This document shows, one piece after another, positions 33,267-37,269 of a stretch of 37,269 bases of DNA. Numbering within the stretch: position 1 is the first letter of the stretch; each line of letters begins with the position of its first letter. The stretch is from Acidimicrobiia bacterium (GTDB taxonomy: Bacteria; Actinomycetota; Acidimicrobiia; Acidimicrobiales; JANYDT01), in contig JAYTWN010000242.1 in assembly GCA_043743435.1 (NCBI GenBank), forward strand, positions 1-37,269, read 5' to 3'. The translations under genes and the position numbers were made by a program. Below the pieces are notes generated by a model. That model ran no database searches. It worked only from the letters and a program-made list of their open reading frames with translations, and was not told the DNA's origin.

Positions 33267-34292
33267 TCAGGTGAGTTGTTCGGCGGCGAGGCGGGTGATC
33301 CCTACTTCGGTTGCCTCGGGGTCGGTGAGCAGGCCGAAGTGAACGAGTCGACGAAGGGATACGGCCAACTTCACGTCGTGGGTGTCGGCTGACTGGATTG
33401 AGGCGCCGACGAGTGACTCGATATCGGTGACCAATCCGTATCGGTCGTCGTACCCGGGTAGGGCTTCGGGCGGTCCTGATTCAACCAGCAACGTGCAAGC
33501 TCGCAACGCAATGGCATACGCGCTCCACCAAGCGTTCGTGTTCGTAGTCGGCGCCTCATTTGCAGAAGGAGCAACGCCCGATAGCAACAGCTCAACTTCA
33601 CACAGCGCGTGAAAACCGGTGGCCGCATGAACAGCAACAAACGATGATGGATTCCTTCGCACCAACGCCATCGCCGCCAGAGCAAGTGCACGTGGAGTGT
33701 CGGCGATATGGGCATCGGGAGACCCACACAAACCGGTCCCCGCTGCGAGGTTGAGAAGATCGAATACCGTCACACCATCGCGTTCGTGGGGGCCGGGAAG
33801 GTCGGACCCGATGAGGAGTCGGGTGTCGTCAGTTTCACCCAACCGTGACGATGAGTTTGAACGGGACGCGAGCACTTGACGTCTTGTTCGCAAATAGGCC
33901 AGGCCTCGGGCGATTTCTGCTTCGTCGCGTTGCCAGGCACCGTAGCCGAGGCGAATCAGCCCATGAAATGCTGCGCCCGCCAAGCCTTCCGCTAGTGGTT
34001 CGATTTCCCGTGCAGTTGCATAGTCGTTTCCCGAAAGCAAACGTTGTGCGGTGTCGGTGTAGCGACGAATCGCCCATCGGTAGAGCGGCGGATCGGCAAG
34101 CCCCTCGGCCTGTGCATCGTGGAGCCGTTCTTGCTTACGTCCTTCGACCGTTTCGTTTGGGGCACCGGCATCGCGGAGTGCGACGATCTCCATCGGAAGA
34201 TGGAATGTTAAGCCAGCGGTGGTCTCCGGTGGAAGGTCGAAGATCTCTGCATCGCTAAGGCCAATTGCTGGCTCGTTGTTGCGCTGTGTCAT
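33267..34292 (-). CDS. Questin-oxidase-like (DUF4243) family protein
   Basis: LTFHLPMEIVALRDAGAP near the N-terminus, plus AAFHGLIRLGYGAW, the H-x-[LI]-I-[RH]-[LV]-G-Y-[GA] signature I associate with DUF4243. Assignment is from memory of the family motif only. Confidence 0.5.
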   Translation of the reverse strand: MTQRNNEPAIGLSDAEIFDLPPETTAGLTFHLPMEIVALRDAGAPNETVEGRKQERLHDAQAEGLADPPLYRWAIRRYTDTAQRLLSGNDYATAREIEPLAEGLAGAAFHGLIRLGYGAWQRDEAEIARGLAYLRTRRQVLASRSNSSSRLGETDDTRLLIGSDLPGPHERDGVTVFDLLNLAAGTGLCGSPDAHIADTPRALALAAMALVRRNPSSFVAVHAATGFHALCEVELLLSGVAPSANEAPTTNTNAWWSAYAIALRACTLLVESGPPEALPGYDDRYGLVTDIESLVGASIQSADTHDVKLAVSLRRLVHFGLLTDPEATEVGITRLAAEQLT

Positions 34293-34395
34293 CCATACAG
34301 CTTCCCACCCGTGCGTACATTTTAGCCGCGTTCCCTCCCAGCAATCCTCTCATTGGCAATACCTATCAACAGGCGCCTCTCGGTAAGCTCGTTCG

Positions 34396-35376
34396 GTGAC
34401 TGCACCGTTTGTTCCCCCACCCACGATTGCTCCCCCCGAACCAGAAGCCGATCTGGCTCTATCCGGGGGGCATCTCGAAGACTTGCAAGGTCCATTGCGC
34501 TCGGTGGCTCAGCGCTCGTTGGAGGAACTGGTCCATCTGGTTGAAAGCCACGAGGTTTCCTTGGCAGAACGACATGCCGCAGGCCTCGTGCTTGCACTGC
34601 TCGGTGATCCACGTGTCAATCCAGAAGCACCCAAGATGATCGACATCCCGTCAGCAGAAGTTCCAATTGGCATCAGTGAAACCATGGCCGACGCGGTCAC
34701 CGTACAGTGGTCATCTTTGGGAGTGCAGAAGTCCTGGATCATGAAGGAAGTCCCTAAACATATCGTAAGTGTGTGCAGTTTCAGAATCGCCCGCTACCCG
34801 GTAACCAACGCTGAGTATCTCCGTTACGTACTCAATGATCCAACTGCAGAGCGACCGACCTGTTGGGCTCATGGCGTGTATCCGATGGCTGCATCGAATC
34901 AGCCCGTCTACGCGCTTTCTCCCGACGCAGCAGATTCCTATGCGCGCTGGTTATCGGCGAAAACCGGGCGTTCCTTCCGCCTACCCACTGAAGCCGAGTG
35001 GGAATATGCAGCAACCGGGAGCGACGGTCGGCAATTCCCCTGGGGTGAATCGTGGGACCCCAATCGAGCCAACACCGCCGAAAATGGACCACTCACCACA
35101 ACACCCGTTGGCATCTACGTCGAAGGTGATTCACCCTTTGGCGCGGCCGACATGGCGGGCAACGTGGAGGAATACGTTTCGGATCCCTACCGTCCGTATC
35201 CAGGAGCCGAAGCGGTCCACGACGACCTGGTCCAACTTCACGGCGAAAGCTACCGCGTTGCCCGAGGCGGCAGCTACGCCCGACACGGTGACCTGGCCCG
35301 CTGTCAACGCCGACACGGCTGGTATCCCTCGCAACATTTCGCCATGGGTTTCCGCCTCGCCGAATCATTCTCCTAA
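34396..35376 (+). CDS. Formylglycine-generating-enzyme (SUMF1/FGE-sulfatase, C-type-lectin-like fold) family protein
   Basis: FRIARYPVTNAEYLRYV, NQPVYALSPDAADSYARWLSAKTGRSFRLPTEAEWEYAA, GNVEEYVSD, VARGGSY and MGFRLAE. Confidence 0.85.
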   Translation: MTAPFVPPPTIAPPEPEADLALSGGHLEDLQGPLRSVAQRSLEELVHLVESHEVSLAERHAAGLVLALLGDPRVNPEAPKMIDIPSAEVPIGISETMADAVTVQWSSLGVQKSWIMKEVPKHIVSVCSFRIARYPVTNAEYLRYVLNDPTAERPTCWAHGVYPMAASNQPVYALSPDAADSYARWLSAKTGRSFRLPTEAEWEYAATGSDGRQFPWGESWDPNRANTAENGPLTTTPVGIYVEGDSPFGAADMAGNVEEYVSDPYRPYPGAEAVHDDLVQLHGESYRVARGGSYARHGDLARCQRRHGWYPSQHFAMGFRLAESFS

Positions 35377-35409
35377 CTCGGGTCTTTCGAACGGGTCTGT
35401 CTCGCGTTG

Positions 35410-35444
35410 TGACGGTTTGTGCGCCCAGGCATCACAAACCGTCA
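35410..35444 (+). terminator. Strong hairpin downstream of the FGE-family gene (possible terminator)
   Basis: There is a perfect 12-bp stem, TGACGGTTTGTG (35410-35421) with CACAAACCGTCA (35433-35444), and an 11-nt loop. No clear U-tract follows, so its function is uncertain. Confidence 0.4.
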
Positions 35445-35653
35445 TAACGCCTTGCTCTGTTGAGTTCACTCTCGCTTAGCTGTCGAGCCAACCCAGGTTG
35501 CTCCTGGGTGGGGCCAATAACACTCGGAAGCGCCACTCAGCCTGGCGCTAGCGGGTGTTCGCGGACGAGACTATGCACGGATTTCGTGTGATTTCCGCAG
35601 TTGTGTTGGCGGATCGGGTCAAAAAACTGCAGAGTAACCTCCGCTTCCCTGCG

Positions 35654-36043
35654 CTAGTAGTAAATCGAACCTGGCGAGCCGCCACCGCACACAAGAGCGT
35701 CACCGTTGATAGCCAAGCTGAGCGGTGAGGCTAAGAAGGCGATGATCACGGCGATGTCATCGGCATCGATCATGGAACGAATCGAATTCCCTTTCACGAT
35801 GCGTTCTTCGATCGAAGCCAAAAGCGCCCGGTCTTGCTCATTCACGGCGTCTTCGAGTGAACGGGTCCGGGTAAGCCCAGGGTGAACGCAAGTCACGTTG
35901 ATTCCGTTAGGCCCAAGTTCATCGGCAAGATTCTTGGTAAGAGCAGCCACGGCCACGTTGCGAATCGAGCCGATGGTTGAACCGCTAATGCGCGCTGCTA
36001 ACCCGGCAACGTTAATGATTCGTCCCCATCCGGCTTCGGCCAT
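35654..36043 (-). pseudogene. Truncated short-chain dehydrogenase/reductase (C-terminal half only, catalytic triad lost)
   Basis: MAEAGWGRIINVAGLAARISGSTIGSIRNVAVAALTKNLADELGPNGINVTCVHPG aligns with the SDR segment M..GRIvniSS......Y.asKaA...lt..lA.E....gI.vN.v.PG. In that alignment Ser is Gly, Tyr is Ile and Lys is Ala. The whole Rossmann N-terminal half is absent. An in-frame TGA lies 4 codons upstream, and the guaD stop is 27 nt away. Confidence 0.55.
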
Positions 36044-36070
36044 TGCCGGAGCGCATCACGCAAACGTGGT

Positions 36071-37269
36071 TCAAACTACCTGGCGGCCGGCCACCCACAC
36101 CGAGGTAATGTCACTGGGAGAAGCTAAGCGGACGATCTTTTCAAACACGCGGGCCTCGTCATCGAGTTCTTCCCATATGCGTAGAGATGATTGTTGGCGG
36201 CCCACGTCGACCACGAACGCATCGAACATGCGCCCAACCGCGAGTAATCCGCACGGTAGACCCAGCAGATCAGCGCCGCCAAGAGTGGCCAGGTGAAACG
36301 CGGCGATGGTACTGATTCGACAGTCCTGCACGCCTCGATCAGCGGCGGCAACTTCGCCATTGACTCCATCTTCGAGCATGCGCGAAACAGTTACGGCATG
36401 GGCGCATTGGGCCAGCAAACCGGGGTGAAGGCCACCGGCGATATCGGATCCCAGCCCAACCCTCACGCCCCTCGCCAAAGACCTTGCTAAGGGGAACACC
36501 GCGTTGGCAAAATAGCTGTTCGATAGTGGACAGTGCGCTACTCCCGCAGCGGCCTCACGAGTGCGGTCAAAGTCGTTTGTGCTCATATGGTTCCCGTGAG
36601 CCAACACGGTGCCTTCACGGAGAAGCCCAAAATTTCCCAGCGCTTCGGTGTCGCTGTGACCATATCGATCGAGTACGTAGTGGTGTTCCCAATCGGATTC
36701 CGAACAGTGTGTTTGTACCAGTTCTCCAGTTGCCCCGGCCAACTCACCCAGACCGTGCAGCAGAGCATCAGTGCAAGCGGGAACGAAGCGCGGCGTGATG
36801 ATTGGCCTCACCAACACCGTGTTAAGTGCACGTATTGCCTCGACCGATCGAGCGGAAGTAGAAACTGCTGACACAGCGTCGGCATCGCGATACCAGGCCG
36901 GTGTGCCCTCGGGATGATCCATCGCCACTCGCCCAACGAAGGCTCTCTGCCCAATCTCGGCGCAGGTTTTGGCTAACCGTAGGGTCGCCTCTTCGTGAAT
37001 GGAGGAATAATACACGGCGGTTGTGGTGCCGTGGCTGAGGAGGCACGGAACCAGGTCGTCCCACACCCGTTGCGCAAAATCCCCGTCGACATAGCGAGCC
37101 TCAAGCGGAAAGGTGTTTTCGAACAGCCACTGCTCCAGCGCAAGGTCAAGCCCGCTTCCCAATTGCGGCCACTGCGGTGCATGCACGTGCGTGTCGATCA
37201 GTCCAGGCAGCAACCGCTCGGTAGAACGCAACCGGTGAAGGTTCGTCGCCCCAGCAATCGCCGCCTTTC
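36071..37269 (-). CDS. guaD: Guanine deaminase (amidohydrolase superfamily), 5' end outside the window
   Basis: LLPGLIDTHVHAPQWPQLG..LEQWLFENTFPLEARY...GTTTAVYY...QTHCSESDWE...VAHCPLSNSYF...VGLGSDIAGG. The reading frame stays open upstream of the listed start, to the window edge (KAAIAGATNLHRLRSTERLLPG). Confidence 0.85.
   Translation of the reverse strand, partial: KAAIAGATNLHRLRSTERLLPGLIDTHVHAPQWPQLGSGLDLALEQWLFENTFPLEARYVDGDFAQRVWDDLVPCLLSHGTTTAVYYSSIHEEATLRLAKTCAEIGQRAFVGRVAMDHPEGTPAWYRDADAVSAVSTSARSVEAIRALNTVLVRPIITPRFVPACTDALLHGLGELAGATGELVQTHCSESDWEHHYVLDRYGHSDTEALGNFGLLREGTVLAHGNHMSTNDFDRTREAAAGVAHCPLSNSYFANAVFPLARSLARGVRVGLGSDIAGGLHPGLLAQCAHAVTVSRMLEDGVNGEVAAADRGVQDCRISTIAAFHLATLGGADLLGLPCGLLAVGRMFDAFVVDVGRQQSSLRIWEELDDEARVFEKIVRLASPSDITSVWVAGRQVV

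Noticed and set aside
34396-35653. Diversity-generating retroelement target. FGE/C-type-lectin-fold proteins are classic DGR variable proteins.
   Set aside because: There is no reverse transcriptase gene in the window. No template-repeat copy of the gene's 3' end appears in the flanking DNA, and no adenine-specific mismatch pattern is visible.

Overview
This 37.3 kb chromosomal segment looks actinobacterial. The evidence is moderately high GC by eye, frequent GTG/TTG starts, the rpsF-ssb-rpsR-rplI and ask-asd clusters, an F420-type LLM oxidoreductase and a MazEF module. About 36 protein genes are supportable.

**Housekeeping genes:** panB, the ribosomal protein/ssb operon, ask-asd, ribD, ribA, ybaK, two cyclophilins and guaD.

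**Acyl-CoA metabolism:** a fused B12-dependent acyl-CoA mutase, two crotonases, an acyl-CoA synthetase and two citrate-synthase paralogs.

**Envelope proteins:** a DUF2207 protein, an M23 peptidase, a GT2 glycosyltransferase and a serine hydrolase.

I saw no rRNA, tRNA, CRISPR array, integrase or transposase gene.

**Most interesting observations**
1. Two citrate-synthase-family genes lie head to head. One is fused to a CBS pair and the other to a MerR/excisionase-type HTH. Their short shared promoter region holds two tandem copies of a 16-bp palindromic site, which suggests an enzyme-derived or enzyme-coupled transcription factor circuit.
2. A 106-109 bp hairpin-forming MITE is present in three copies. 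Each is flanked by TA, and two of the three reconstructed target sites are CTAG. Two copies sit exactly on the TAG stop codons of ribA and a flavoprotein gene, and one sits in the ask-asd spacer.
3. A co-directional GT2 - 14-ish-blade WD40 - ribD cluster lies next to a thioredoxin-reductase-like protein that lacks the whole NADPH domain.

Smaller items include two short tandem-repeat arrays (12 bp and 14 bp) in promoter regions, two gene relics (SDR and M20 peptidase fragments), and an S18 protein with a long RGG/acidic tail.

All calls rest on reading the translated ORFs and the DNA by eye. No database search, covariance model or folding calculation was run, so novelty cannot be established here.
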